Shown piece by piece: positions 42,529 to 52,782 of a stretch of DNA of 64,000 nt. How positions within the stretch are numbered: the stretch's first letter is position 1; every line of letters starts with the position of its first letter. The notes beneath the pieces are model-generated. The model was not told the origin of the DNA. It was given only the letters and a program-made list of their open reading frames with translations, and did not search any database. Source of the stretch: an uncultured Actinomycetota bacterium (lineage in GTDB: Bacteria; Actinomycetota; Actinomycetes; Propionibacteriales; Propionibacteriaceae); NCBI GenBank assembly GCA_963821695.1, contig CAWGEY010000009.1, forward strand, positions 45,320-109,319, in the 5' to 3' direction. The position numbers were made by a program, and so were the translations under genes.

Positions 42529-42978
42529 CTACGTCGGTCGCTCGGTTTCCGGTTTTGTCGGCTCCGACTCCCCATGATCAGGTCCCGCCGGATCAACCTC
42601 CGCGGGTACGAAGACGGCCGTCGAGGACTTCAGCAGCAGGCAGACCAGAATTGCCACCGAGATCACCGCCAGGGTCGCCGCCACCCACCAGGTCTCACCG
42701 CCCGCGAAGCTCCACGCCACCGGAAGCTGGATGAGCGAGGTCGCCACCCCGGGCCCGCGACTCCAGCGCCGGCCGCGGAATACGGCGGCCCCCACGGCCA
42801 GGAGCAGGAGGCCGTAGGCGGCCAGGAAGATTCCGGTACCCACACCCACCACCGGACGGTTCGGGTTGGTCGCCGCGAGTTCGAGGGCCCCGTACGCCAC
42901 GGCGGCCACGCCCAACAGCCCCAAGAGCACGGCGGCGAGGCCGAGGGCGGGGGTGGCGGGACGCATCGGCCGGGGCAC
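42529..42978 (-). CDS. integral membrane protein divergent from whiB1
   Basis: Four TM helices, RRWSRGP..QLPVAW motif. TAGGCT 7 nt upstream of GTG 42978. Confidence 0.75.
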   Translation of the reverse strand: MPRPMRPATPALGLAAVLLGLLGVAAVAYGALELAATNPNRPVVGVGTGIFLAAYGLLLLAVGAAVFRGRRWSRGPGVATSLIQLPVAWSFAGGETWWVAATLAVISVAILVCLLLKSSTAVFVPAEVDPAGPDHGESEPTKPETERPT

Positions 42979-43224
42979 GGGAACCAGCCTAGGGAGTGTG
43001 TAGACCGCAGTGGTCGGGGTAACCAGGAGGTGGAGTGCGCACAACGCAGCGGGCAACGCGGTCAAAAGTGTGAGGGAACCAACGTCGACAGAGTCTTGTA
43101 TTGGTTGCCAATACTTGAAAGGCTTGGATTCAGCTCGGGACCGCAAGCTTAGGGGGTCCGAGACGTGAACTTTCGTTGGGGTCCCCCCGGGCTACCCACG
43201 AACCGAGTAAGGAGTGATGACGCC

Positions 43225-43476
43225 ATGGATTGGCGCCACAAGGCTGCCTGTCTGGACGAGGACCCCGAGCTCTTCTTCCCGATCGGAAACACCGGGCCGG
43301 CCCTCCTCCAGATCGAGGAGGCCAAGCAGGTCTGTCGGCGGTGCGACGTCCGCGACGCCTGTCTGCAGTGGGCGCTCGAGGCGGGTCAGGACCACGGCGT
43401 GTGGGGAGGCCTCAGCGAGGACGAGCGGCGGGCCCTCAAACGCCGCGCCGCCCGGGCGAGGATCCGTACCGCCTGA
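43225..43476 (+). CDS. whiB1: WhiB1/WblE Fe-S transcription factor
   Basis: MDWRHKAACLDEDPELFFPIGNTGPA, CRRC, CL, GVWGG. AAGGAG upstream. Confidence 0.95.
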   Translation: MDWRHKAACLDEDPELFFPIGNTGPALLQIEEAKQVCRRCDVRDACLQWALEAGQDHGVWGGLSEDERRALKRRAARARIRTA

Positions 43477-43497
43477 TCTTCACCCACAGCTAGTGCA

Positions 43498-43522
43498 GAA
43501 CGCCGGGTTTCCCCCGGCGTTC
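43498..43522. terminator. stem-loop between convergent whiB1 and pdtaS
   Basis: GAACGCCGGG-TTTCC-CCCGGCGTTC, a perfect 10-bp stem. Confidence 0.75.
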
Positions 43523-43558
43523 GTCGTCTCCGGGTTGACCAGATCGAGCCGGCCGAAG

Positions 43559-45019
43559 CTATCCGAGGGGGATCTCGACGCTCGCCCGGGTGCCGGAACC
43601 GTCGGGATTGGCGTCCAGGGCGAACCTGCCCTCCAGCTCCGCCACGAGGGAGTTGACGATCGACAGGCCGAGACTGCGGGAACGCCGCCAGTCGAAGTCG
43701 GGCGGCAACCCGCTGCCGTCGTCGACAATCTCCACCAGCAGCCGGCCGTCACTGACCAGCGGCACCACGACGACCTCGCCACTGCGATCCGCCAGCCCGT
43801 GCTCGACGGCGTTCTGGCACAACTCCGTGACCACCATCGACAAGCTGGTGGCGACGTCCGCGCTGACCTGGCCGAAGCTGCCCCGGCGGACCGCCCGGAC
43901 GGTGCCACTGGTCGCAGCCACGTCGACCACCATCCGCAGCAGCCCGTCGGCCACCCGGTCGAAGTCCACCACCTCGTCGAACGCCTGCGACAAGGTCTCG
44001 TGCACGATCGCGATGGCGGCCACCCGCGACATGGCGTCGTTGAGGGCCATCCTCGCCTCCGCGGATTCGATCCGCCGCGCCTGCATCCGCAGCAGGGCCG
44101 CCACCGTCTGCAGGTTGTTCTTCACCCGGTGATGGATCTCCCGGATGGTCGCGTCCTTGGTGATGAGCTGCCGCTCCTTGCTCCGCAGGTCCGAGACGTC
44201 GCGACAGAGCACGATCGCACCGTGCCGCGCCCGGCCGCTCATCAAAGGTACGGAGCGGAGCAGGAAGTGGGCACCGCCGGCCACCGCCTCGGCCCGCCGC
44301 GAGATCCTCCCCGAGAGCACCGACTGCACCGAGTCGTCCACCGGCCCCGTCGGGACCGGGAGCAGGGCGGTGGTCAGGTTCGCGAGGTGCTCGTCGACCA
44401 GGTCGCCGCGCAGTCCGAGCCGGCGGTACGCACTGAGCGCGTTCGGGCTGGCGTAGACCACACAGCCGTCGGCGTCCAGCCGGATGAAGCCGTCCCCGAC
44501 CCGCGGGTTGATGCCCGGGTCGAACTGGTCCCCGGCCACCGGGAATGCCGCCGTGGACACCATCTCGGCCAGATCCTGTGCCGAATCGAGGTAGGCCCGC
44601 TCGAGTGAGCTCGGCTGCCGGATACCGAGCAGACTCGTGTGCTGCTCGACCACGGCGATGGGACGGCCGCCGTACACCACCGGGATCGCGTGGGTCTCCA
44701 CCGGCAGTCCCGCCTCCAGCCGGTTCGCGCTCGTCTTGGTGATGTGTTCGGACAGGAACGCCTCGGACACCAGATGCTCCGGCGCGTACGCGATCGTGTC
44801 CTCCACCACATCGTCCAGCAGCGCCGTCGGACCGGTGGTGGGCCGGATCTGCGCAACCGCGCGGTACACGTTCGGGTCGATGTCCTGCACCCAGAGCACG
44901 AGGTCGGAGAAGGACAGGTCCGCCAGCAACTGCCACTCCGAAACCAGCAGTCGGAGCCATTGGTGTTCGGCTTCGGCCAGCGCCGAGTGCTCAACGATGA
45001 GGTCCGACATCGAGGCCAT
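43559..45019 (-). CDS. pdtaS: cytoplasmic GAF/PAS sensor histidine kinase (PdtaS type)
   Basis: WQLLADLSFSDL, EIHHRVKNNLQ, ELCQNAVEH, DDGSG, SLGL. Next to whiB1 as in mycobacteria. Confidence 0.9.
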   Translation of the reverse strand: MASMSDLIVEHSALAEAEHQWLRLLVSEWQLLADLSFSDLVLWVQDIDPNVYRAVAQIRPTTGPTALLDDVVEDTIAYAPEHLVSEAFLSEHITKTSANRLEAGLPVETHAIPVVYGGRPIAVVEQHTSLLGIRQPSSLERAYLDSAQDLAEMVSTAAFPVAGDQFDPGINPRVGDGFIRLDADGCVVYASPNALSAYRRLGLRGDLVDEHLANLTTALLPVPTGPVDDSVQSVLSGRISRRAEAVAGGAHFLLRSVPLMSGRARHGAIVLCRDVSDLRSKERQLITKDATIREIHHRVKNNLQTVAALLRMQARRIESAEARMALNDAMSRVAAIAIVHETLSQAFDEVVDFDRVADGLLRMVVDVAATSGTVRAVRRGSFGQVSADVATSLSMVVTELCQNAVEHGLADRSGEVVVVPLVSDGRLLVEIVDDGSGLPPDFDWRRSRSLGLSIVNSLVAELEGRFALDANPDGSGTRASVEIPLG

Positions 45020-45124
45020 GCCCCTCACCCTATGCGGAGATCTCCCTCGTGATCTTGACCGATCGCGGGGCACGGGGAGTAGCGTGCGGCAGGTCTACAG
45101 CCGGCGCGACGAGAGGTGCCACGG

Positions 45125-45418
45125 ATGAGCGACGATCAACTTCCCCCCGCAGCCGATCCGTCCGGCGATGATCCGAGATGGCGACCCAGTCCAACCAAGA
45201 TCGTCGTCGGTCTGGTGCTGCTGCTGGCCATCGTGGTTCCCCTGTTGGTGGGCACCTACGCCCGGATCGAGCCGCGGCTGTTCGGATTCCCCTTCTTCTA
45301 TTGGTACCAACTGCTCTGGGTGTTCCTGGCCGCCGGCTTGGTCGGTCTGTCCTACTGGCTACTCAAACGGGAGCGCGACGAGTTCGAACGCGGCCGCCCG
45401 GGCGGAGGGGACGCCTGA
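45125..45418 (+). CDS. DUF3311 family small membrane protein
   Basis: PRLFGFPFFYWYQLLWV. Coupled (TGATG) to the SSS permease. Confidence 0.85.
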   Translation: MSDDQLPPAADPSGDDPRWRPSPTKIVVGLVLLLAIVVPLLVGTYARIEPRLFGFPFFYWYQLLWVFLAAGLVGLSYWLLKRERDEFERGRPGGGDA

Positions 45419-47055
45419 TGGACGGGATCAACTGGGTCGCCCTGATCGTGTTGATCGTGCTCTTCGCCGTGGTCACGGTGATGGGCTTCCGGGCGGCCCG
45501 CTGGCGGCAGGCCAAGGATCTCCAGTCCCTGAACGAATGGGGTCTGGGCGGTCGCAGCTTCGGCACCATCACGACCTGGTTCCTGCTCGGCGGCGACCTC
45601 TACACCGCCTACACGTTCGTGGCGGTGCCGGCGGCGATGTGGGCGACCGGGGCCGTGACCGGCTTCTTCGCCGTGCCGTACACGATCGTGCTCTACCCGA
45701 TCATCTTCTACTTCCTCGGCAGGATGTGGTCGGTGGCCCACCGGCACGGGTACGTCACGACGGCCGACATCGTCCAAGGCCGGTACGGGACCCGCAGTCT
45801 GAGCCTCGCCGTGGCGGTCACCGGCATCCTCGCCACGATGCCGTACATCGCGCTCCAACTGGTGGGCATCCAAGCGGTGCTCGAGGTGGTCGGCATCGGT
45901 GGTGAGAGCCTGCTGGCCAAGGACCTGCCGCTGCTGATCGCCTTCGCGGTGCTGGCGGCCTACACCTACTCCTCCGGGCTCCGAGCCCCCGCGATGATCG
46001 CCTTCGTCAAGGATGCGCTGATCTACCTGGTGATCGCCGTCGCGATCATCTACCTGCCGATGAAGTTCGGCGGCTGGCTCGGCATCTTCGACGCGGCCCA
46101 GGCCAAGATGGCGGCGCCGTCGGCCACCAACCCGGCCGTGCCGACCGGGGTGTTCATCCCGAACGCCGCGCAGCACTGGGCGTACGCATCGCTGGCCCTC
46201 GGCTCGGCGCTCGCGTTGTTCATGTACCCGCACTGCGTCACCGCCACGCTCAGCTCGAAGGATCGCCGGACCGGGCGCCGGAACGCGATCATCCTGCCCG
46301 CCTATTCGTTGCTGCTGGGGCTGTTGGCCCTGCTCGGCTTCGTCGCGATCAAGGCGGGCACCATCCCGATGGGGCTGGACGGCAAGATCAACCCACAGCT
46401 CGTCGTGCCGCAACTCTTCGAGGACCACTTCCCCGGCTGGTTCGCCGGGGTCGCGTTCGGGGCGATCGCCATCGGTGCCCTCGTCCCGGCGGCGATCATG
46501 TCGATCGCCGCGGCGAACCTGTTCACCAGGAATGTCTACAAGGCCTACCTCAAGCCGGACGCCGACGACGCGCAGGAGGCGAAGGTCTCCAAGATCACGT
46601 CCCTGGTCACCAAGTTCGGCGCGTTGCTCTTCGTCTTGTTCCTGGACAAGCAGAACGCGCTCAACTTCCAGCTGCTGGGCGGGGTGTGGATTCTCCAGAC
46701 CCTGCCGAGCATCGTGTTCGGCCTGTTCACCCGCTGGTTCCACCGCTGGGCGCTGCTGGCGGGCTGGGCGGTCGGCATGATCTACGGCACGGCGGTCAGC
46801 TACGGCTTCTGCACCCAGTGCACGCTGCGGCCGTTCGCCAACTCGCTCTCGGTCGTACCCGGCATTGGTCAGGCCGGCTACATCGGGTTGACGGCGCTCG
46901 CCCTGAACGTCGTCGTGGTGGTCGCGATCACAGTGGTCATGCGGGGCCTCAAGGTGAGCAACGGCTCCGACCTCACCGTGCCGGCGGACTACTTCGCCGA
47001 CGTCGGCGACCCCGGCGTGCAGCGCACCGTGGACGAATCCCGCCCGGTGCACTGA
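45418..47055 (+). CDS. mctP: sodium:solute symporter, MctP-like monocarboxylate permease
   Basis: EWGLGGRSFG, GGDLYTAYTF, ALFMYPH, PAAIMSIAAANLF. Confidence 0.88.
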   Translation: MDGINWVALIVLIVLFAVVTVMGFRAARWRQAKDLQSLNEWGLGGRSFGTITTWFLLGGDLYTAYTFVAVPAAMWATGAVTGFFAVPYTIVLYPIIFYFLGRMWSVAHRHGYVTTADIVQGRYGTRSLSLAVAVTGILATMPYIALQLVGIQAVLEVVGIGGESLLAKDLPLLIAFAVLAAYTYSSGLRAPAMIAFVKDALIYLVIAVAIIYLPMKFGGWLGIFDAAQAKMAAPSATNPAVPTGVFIPNAAQHWAYASLALGSALALFMYPHCVTATLSSKDRRTGRRNAIILPAYSLLLGLLALLGFVAIKAGTIPMGLDGKINPQLVVPQLFEDHFPGWFAGVAFGAIAIGALVPAAIMSIAAANLFTRNVYKAYLKPDADDAQEAKVSKITSLVTKFGALLFVLFLDKQNALNFQLLGGVWILQTLPSIVFGLFTRWFHRWALLAGWAVGMIYGTAVSYGFCTQCTLRPFANSLSVVPGIGQAGYIGLTALALNVVVVVAITVVMRGLKVSNGSDLTVPADYFADVGDPGVQRTVDESRPVH

Positions 47056-47144
47056 GGACCGCGCTGCTCGCAGACTTCGGGATGGCACGTCTCAGCACGT
47101 ATAGTCGCGGAGGCATTTCCGCCGCACATCGTCAGGGAGACATC

Positions 47145-47219
47145 ATGGCCAAGACCGGTCGCAAGCGCCGCGCGCGCCGCAAGAAGAGCGCCAACCACGG
47201 CAAGCGCCCGAACGCCTGA
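47145..47219 (+). CDS. 50S ribosomal protein bL37
   Basis: MAKTGRKRRARRKKSANHGKRPNA*, with AGGGAG RBS. Adjacent to rsrA as in other Actinobacteria. Confidence 0.9.
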   Translation: MAKTGRKRRARRKKSANHGKRPNA

Positions 47220-47235
47220 TCTTCGGGCCGGAGCC

Positions 47236-47511
47236 TCAGAGCCCGCGGCGGATCGTGGTCAGCGAGACGATGATCCGGCTGCGTAGCTCCGCCGGCGCGA
47301 TCTCGCCGCCGCAGCTGCGTCGGATCAGCGACTTCACCATCACCTCGAGGTCGTAGCTGTCGACGCACGGCTCACAGGCCGCCAGGTGCTCGCGGATAAC
47401 CCGCGCACTGCCGGCGTCGAGTTCGTGGTCGAGGAACGCGTAGACCTGTTCCAGGGCGTGTTCGCAATCGGCCTTGGACGAGCCGCTGGTGCCAAGTCGC
47501 TCCTCGCTCAT
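47236..47511 (-). CDS. rsrA: zinc-binding anti-sigma factor RsrA/RshA
   Basis: [14 protein letters not shown] (HxxxCxxC), APAELR. Confidence 0.92.
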   Translation of the reverse strand: MSEERLGTSGSSKADCEHALEQVYAFLDHELDAGSARVIREHLAACEPCVDSYDLEVMVKSLIRRSCGGEIAPAELRSRIIVSLTTIRRGL

Positions 47512-48284
47512 GCCCGACTCTCCTCGCGCCGCAACAGGCCCCGTTCCCGGGCGTAGTCCGCAAGCAGATTCCGCATCTGCGTGCGGCCCCGGTTGAGTCG
47601 TGACATCACCGTGCCGATGGGCGTACCCATGATCTCGGCGATCTCCTTGTAGGAGAAGCCTTCGACGTCGGCGAGGAAGACCGCCAACCGGAAGTCGGGC
47701 GCCAATTGGTGCAGCGCGTCCTTCACGTCACTGTCGGGCAGGTTGTCCAAGGCGACGGTTTCGGCCGACTTCAGTCCCGATGAGGTGTGTGACTCGGCCC
47801 GGGCCAGCTGCCAGTCCTCGACGTTCTCCCCGTCCGAGAGCTGCGGCTGCCGCTGCTTCTTGCGGTAGGTGTTGATGTAGGTGTTGGTGAGGATCCGGTA
47901 GAGCCAGGCCTTGAGGTTCGTGCCGGGCGTGAACTGGTGGAACGAGGAGTACGCCTTCGCGTACGTCTCCTGGACCACGTCCTCGGCGTCGGCCGGATTG
48001 CGAGTCATCCGCAGGGCGGCGGCGTACAGCTGATCCAGGTACTGCAGCGCGTCCCGGGTGAACCGATCGTCGCGCTCCTCCGGCGTCTCGGTGGCCAGGT
48101 CGACGACCAGCTGCTCGGCCGGCCCGTCGCCGGTGAGGTCGAGCTCCGATTCGTCGGTGTCGGATTCCAGCGGGGCTGGCGTCGGGAGGGTCATCACGTA
48201 CGAGAGTACCGGCGCGTACGGGGTCGCAAATCGGTCGGCACCCCGGCGCTGAGTGTCCGGGGTCTCGGCGAGAGCGAGCGGCAT
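47508..48284 (-). CDS. sigR: ECF sigma factor SigR/SigH (shorter isoform start at 48194/48197)
   Basis: [50 protein letters not shown]. Confidence 0.95.
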   Translation of the reverse strand: MPLALAETPDTQRRGADRFATPYAPVLSYVMTLPTPAPLESDTDESELDLTGDGPAEQLVVDLATETPEERDDRFTRDALQYLDQLYAAALRMTRNPADAEDVVQETYAKAYSSFHQFTPGTNLKAWLYRILTNTYINTYRKKQRQPQLSDGENVEDWQLARAESHTSSGLKSAETVALDNLPDSDVKDALHQLAPDFRLAVFLADVEGFSYKEIAEIMGTPIGTVMSRLNRGRTQMRNLLADYARERGLLRREESRA

Positions 48285-48292
48285 GTTTCGTA

Positions 48293-48318
48293 CAACGCGA
48301 CCGACCCGCCGCTATTCC
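48293..48318 (-). promoter_or_regulatory. SigR/SigH-dependent autoregulatory promoter
   Basis: GGAAT-N17-GTTG on the minus strand, ending 8 nt before ATG 48284. Confidence 0.8.
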
Positions 48319-48992
48319 CGAGGATCGGCGAGCACCGCGATCAGCTCCGTGACCGAGGCGACGATCGTGGCCCGCAGATCGGCCGGGGTGAAGGTGGACC
48401 CCTTCGGCAACCGGTAGCCGTGATCGGCGCCCGGCAGCTCGACCAGCACCACGCCGGAATCCGGTGGCAACCCGGCCCGGATCTCGGCGGGTCGCCCGAA
48501 GCTGTCGTTGCCGCCTTGCAGGACGAGCCGCGGCACCGTCGGGGTAAGCAATTCGGGCAGTCGCGACTTCTCCGGCCGGCCCGGCAGATGGAGCGGGAAG
48601 GCCAGGCAGACCACGCCGGCGACATCGAATTCCGGTGCGGTCCGGCACGCGACCCGGGCGCCGGCGCTGCGGCCGCCGAACAAGAGCATCCCGCCGGCCG
48701 CGGGATGACGGAGGACGGCCGGCACGGCGGCCCGCCAGCCGACGTCGAGTCGGGGCGGCGGTACGGCGACCTTCCGGCCGGCTGTTCGCCACGGTTGTTC
48801 GAACCGGACCACGGCGGTGCCGGCCGCAGGCAGCCGTCGGGCGAGCAGTTCGAGGTCGGACGCGGTCACTCCGCCCCCCGCGCCGTGTCCGAGAATCAGG
48901 GTCGCAAGGATCGGCGTACCGTCCGGTACGGCGTCGACGAACAGCCGGCCCGGGCCCTCGGGTGTGGTGATCGAGACGATCTCGGTGTCCAT
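48312..48992 (-). CDS. alpha/beta hydrolase (KANL3/Tex30-like)
   Basis: LGHGAGGG, GGRSAGAR, AFPLH, QGGNDSFG, ADH. Confidence 0.85.
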   Translation of the reverse strand: MDTEIVSITTPEGPGRLFVDAVPDGTPILATLILGHGAGGGVTASDLELLARRLPAAGTAVVRFEQPWRTAGRKVAVPPPRLDVGWRAAVPAVLRHPAAGGMLLFGGRSAGARVACRTAPEFDVAGVVCLAFPLHLPGRPEKSRLPELLTPTVPRLVLQGGNDSFGRPAEIRAGLPPDSGVVLVELPGADHGYRLPKGSTFTPADLRATIVASVTELIAVLADPRE

Positions 48993-49014
48993 CTGAATCG
49001 TTGCGCGGGCCGGC

Positions 49015-49774
49015 TCAGAAAAGCGCGTCGTCGACGGCGTCCTCGGCCGTGAGGGGTTCCACCAAGGACGGATCGTTGTTCTTGACACTGTTCACGGCGG
49101 TCGACACCGCGTACGCCTCGAGCGCACCGGCCTCGGTCACCGACAAGAGCTTCAGCGCGGCCTCCGGATCGGTGAGCAACGGGTCGAGCCAGGCGTCGTA
49201 CGCCGTCCGTGGGATCACCATCGGCATCCGGTCGTGGATGTGCCCCGCGGCGTCCGTGGCTTCGGTGGTGATCACGGTGCAGGTCCGCAGCCAGGCGCTG
49301 TCGTCGTCGCGCTCCTTGGTCGGGTCGCGCCAGATCTCGTACAGCCCCGCCATCACCAGCAGCTCGCCGTCGAAGCGATGGATGAAGAACGGCTGTTTCT
49401 TGGGGCTTCCCCGAGGCGCTCGTCTCCTCCCGCGCGTACCACTCGTAGAACCCGTCGGCGGGCAGCAGGCACCGGCGGGCACTGAAGGCGCGGCGGAACG
49501 CCGGCTTCTCCGCCACCGACTCCACCCGGGCGTTGATCATCCGGGATCCGATCTTGACGTCCTTCGCCCAGGACGGCACCAGTCCCCAGGTGAGGGGGCT
49601 CAGTCGCCGAGTGACGCTCTGGTCGGTCTTGGAGACCCGCTCGAGCACGGCCGGAACGACCACGGTGGGGGCCACGTTGTAGTCCGGCTCGGGCAGCTGC
49701 CCGAGGATCTCGTCGACGTCGAACTCCGCCATCAGATCGTCCGCCGACGCCGACGCCGCATACCGACCGCACAT
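49015..49774 (-). CDS. SOS response-associated peptidase (SRAP/YedK); frameshift near 49400
   Basis: MCGRY (catalytic Cys2), YNVAPT, WGLVPSW, INARVE, DGFYEW, IHDRMP. Confidence 0.92.
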
Positions 49775-49853
49775 ACGGGCGACGCTACCTGCTCGCACTG
49801 ACCCTCGGACGGGGTCCGAACGTCGAACCTGCGGGCTCCGGCAACCTTCCCGA

Positions 49854-50125
49854 CAGCCGCTCGGGTTGCGCCAGCCGCTCGGGTTTGCGCCAGCCGCTCG
49901 GGTTTGCGCCAGCCGCTCGGGTTCGCGCCAGCCGCTCGGATTTGCCCACTTCGCCCGACATCTGCTCGGGTTGCAGTCATCGGCTCTAGTTCCACCTCGA
50001 GCGGATGACTGCAAGCCGAGCGGGATCGGTCGCAACCGACAGGTCGGCGCGAAACCCGAGCGGATCGGTACCGAAGGTGCGCAAACCCGAGCGGATCGGT
50101 ACCGAAGGTGCGCAAACCCGAGCGG
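49854..50125. repeat. nested inverted/tandem repeat element of about 270 bp
   Basis: Five 18-19 bp copies of CAGCCGCTCGGGTTTGCGC (49854-49947). Central hairpin GCTCGGGTTGCAGTCATC / GATGACTGCAAGCCGAGC (49964-50021). Three inverted copies of GCGCAAACCCGAGCGG in ~31-bp units (50047-50125). Confidence 0.92.
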
Positions 50126-50291
50126 ATGGCGCGGCAGAACACGCGTCGAAGGCGTCCCCGAACCGGCGAGGATCCGAACGTGTACGCGTCGACCCCGCCC
50201 ACGACGCAGGGCCACATCGCCGACGACAGGTTCGGCGAGACCTACAGTTCCATCGACGAGGTCGACTGTCGCGACTGATAGGAATATCCCT

Positions 50292-51140
50292 ATGACGTTC
50301 TTGCGCTTCGTTGCCAGGTCCATGCTCGCCTCGTACTTCGTCGCCAGCGGCGTGAAGTCGCTGCGCGATCCCGGCGCGCTGGTCCCGGTCGCGGAGCCGC
50401 TGATCGACCGTGTGGTGCCGACGCTGAAGCAGTATGCGCCTGAGCAGGTGAGTGGCTACATCCCGGAGGATCCGGTCACCCTGATCCGGATCAACGGCGT
50501 GCTCCAACTGGTCGGCGGGCTGGCGCTGGCCACCGGCAAGGGCCGCCGGCTGGGCGCACTGGTGCTGGCGGCGACGATCATTCCCGCCACGATCGCCAAA
50601 CACCCGTTCTGGACCCGGGCTACCGAGGAGGAGCGCTCCGCCGACCGTTCGCACTTCCTCAAGAACGTCAGCCTGCTCGGCGGCGTGCTGCTGGCCTCGC
50701 GCGACACCGAGGGCCGGCCGTCCATCGCGTACCGGGCCCAGAAGGGCGGCCAGGCCATCGCCCGCGACACCAGGAAGACGACGCAGGCAATCGCGCGCGA
50801 CACCAAGAAGACCACCCAGAAGTTCGCCGATCAGGGCCAGGACCTGGTCGAGGGCGCGCTCGCCGGTGGTGCCGCGCTCGCCGCCACTGTCGTGGCGACC
50901 AGCCGCAAGGCCAAGAAGAAGGCCGCCAAGGAGCTCAAGGCCGCCCAGGCCGCCGCCGCCAAGCAGCTGGAGGAGTCGAAGAAGGCTGCCGCCGCGGCGG
51001 CGAAGCAGGCCCAGAAGGACGCCGTGCAGCTCCAGAAGGACACCGCCAAGGCCGCGGAGAAGCAACTGGCCGAGGCCAAGAAGGCGGCCAAGAAGACCGG
51101 CGACAAGATCAGCAAGAACATCAATCTCGGCGAGAACTAA
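50292..51140 (+). CDS. DoxX family membrane protein with Lys/Ala-rich C-terminal tail
   Basis: ARSMLASYF, HPFW, HFLKNVSLLGGVLLA, DTEGRPS. Confidence 0.85.
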   Translation: MTFLRFVARSMLASYFVASGVKSLRDPGALVPVAEPLIDRVVPTLKQYAPEQVSGYIPEDPVTLIRINGVLQLVGGLALATGKGRRLGALVLAATIIPATIAKHPFWTRATEEERSADRSHFLKNVSLLGGVLLASRDTEGRPSIAYRAQKGGQAIARDTRKTTQAIARDTKKTTQKFADQGQDLVEGALAGGAALAATVVATSRKAKKKAAKELKAAQAAAAKQLEESKKAAAAAAKQAQKDAVQLQKDTAKAAEKQLAEAKKAAKKTGDKISKNINLGEN

Positions 51141-51254
51141 CCGTCGCTGACGCGACCGGCTCGCTGCGCGACCCGAACTGCGTGGAGAGCGCTGCGCGCT
51201 CGCGACTTGTTGGTTCCGGCGAACCAAGCCCTCCTTCGTCGGGCGGTTCGACGG

Positions 51255-51314
51255 TGGACCCCCCACAGCGGTCTGGACCCAGGGTGCGAGGTCCAAACGG
51301 ACGTAGGGGGTCCA
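51255..51314. repeat. nested palindromic element
   Basis: Outer TGGACCCCC / GGGGGTCCA and inner TGGACC / GGTCCA. Confidence 0.65.
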
Positions 51315-51410
51315 AAACGACCGGTCGCTGCGATGCGGAGTGGGAGCCGGGGCGGTAGGCGGCTTGGCTCGAGGGCTTCGGCGCAGCGGTGTACCCGTAG
51401 ACTCCCGGAC

Positions 51411-52775
51411 GTGCCAGCCAGCGCTCAAGTCCCCGCCGGTCCTTGGGTCACGCCCATCGCGAACGATCCGGTCCGTGCCATCGTGCGGGTGCCGGGCTCG
51501 AAGTCGGAGACCAACCGTGCGCTCGTGCTCGCGGCCCTGGCCAGCGGTCCGTCGACGATCACCAACGGCCTGGAGGCCCGCGACACCCGGTTGATGCGGG
51601 ACGCGCTGCGTACGCTCGGCGTGCAGATCGAGCGAACTCGAGACGGGTCTGTGGCGGGTCACGCCCCCGGCCGAGTTCGTCGCCGGCGCGACGATCGACT
51701 GCGGCCTCGCCGGGACGGTCATGCGGTTCGTCCCGCCGATCGCGGCGCTCGCGCCCGGGCGGGTGGCCTTCGACGGCGACGAGCAGGCGTACGCCCGGCC
51801 GATGGCTCCGTTGCTGGCCGGCATGAGCGAACTCGGCGTCGAACCTCGAAGCCGAGGGCGGCGGCCCGGCGCAGGGCCTGCCGTTCGCCGTGACCGGTCG
51901 CACCGATCTGCCCGGCGGGAGCATCAGCCTCGACACCAGCGCGTCCAGTCAGTTCGTCTCGGGCTTCCTGCTGGCCGGCGCGCGGTACGCCCAGGGCATC
52001 GAGATCCGGCACGTCGGCGGCCCGGTGCCGTCCGAGCCGTAATCTGGCCATGACGGTCGCCATGCTCCGCGCCCGCGGAGTCGAGGTCGACGACTCCGAA
52101 GCCGGGCGGTGGCGGGTCTCGCCCGGCCCGATCGCGCCCCTGGACGTGACCATCCCCCCGGATCTGCAGAACGCCGCCCCGTTCCTCGCCGCCGCCGCGA
52201 TCACGGGTGGCAGCGTCACGGTGCCCAACTGGCCGGAGCACACCGACCAGGCCGGAGACGCCATCGGCTGGGTGCTGGGCGAGTTCGGGGCGCAGGTCAC
52301 CCGCGTCCGCGACTCGCTCACGGTGGCCGGCACGGACGAGATCCATGCGGTGAATCTCGACCTGCGCCAGGCCAGCGAACTGGTGCCCGTCGCTGCCGCG
52401 GTCGCCGCGCTGGCCGACGGCACGTCGCACCTGCACGGGGTCGCCCACATCCGCGGCCACGAGACCGACCGATTGGCGGCGCTGGCCGAGAACCTCACCG
52501 CCCTGGGCGCGCACGTCCGGGAGTCTCGCGACGGGCTAACGATCCATCCCCGACTGCTGGGGGGCGCCACCTGGTCCAGTCACGCCGACCACCGGCTCGT
52601 CCAGGCCGGGGCTCTGCTCGGCCTGGTCGTCGAGGACGTCGAGATCGACGACGTCGCCGGAGTGGCCAAGACGATGCCGGAGTTCGTCACGCTCTGGAAC
52701 CAGATGCTGTCCGACTCCGCCACCGCGTCCGACGTCACGTTCGACTCAGCCGACAGCACCTCCCCGACGCCTTGA
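51411..52775 (+). CDS. aroA: EPSP synthase; frameshifts near 51635, 51845-51870 and 52040
   Basis: [48 protein letters not shown]. Confidence 0.93.
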
Positions 52776-52782
52776 TGCGCTC

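Noticed and set aside
49854-50125. CRISPR array or complete IS element
   Set aside because: Linkers are identical or absent, and there is no transposase ORF or visible target-site duplication.
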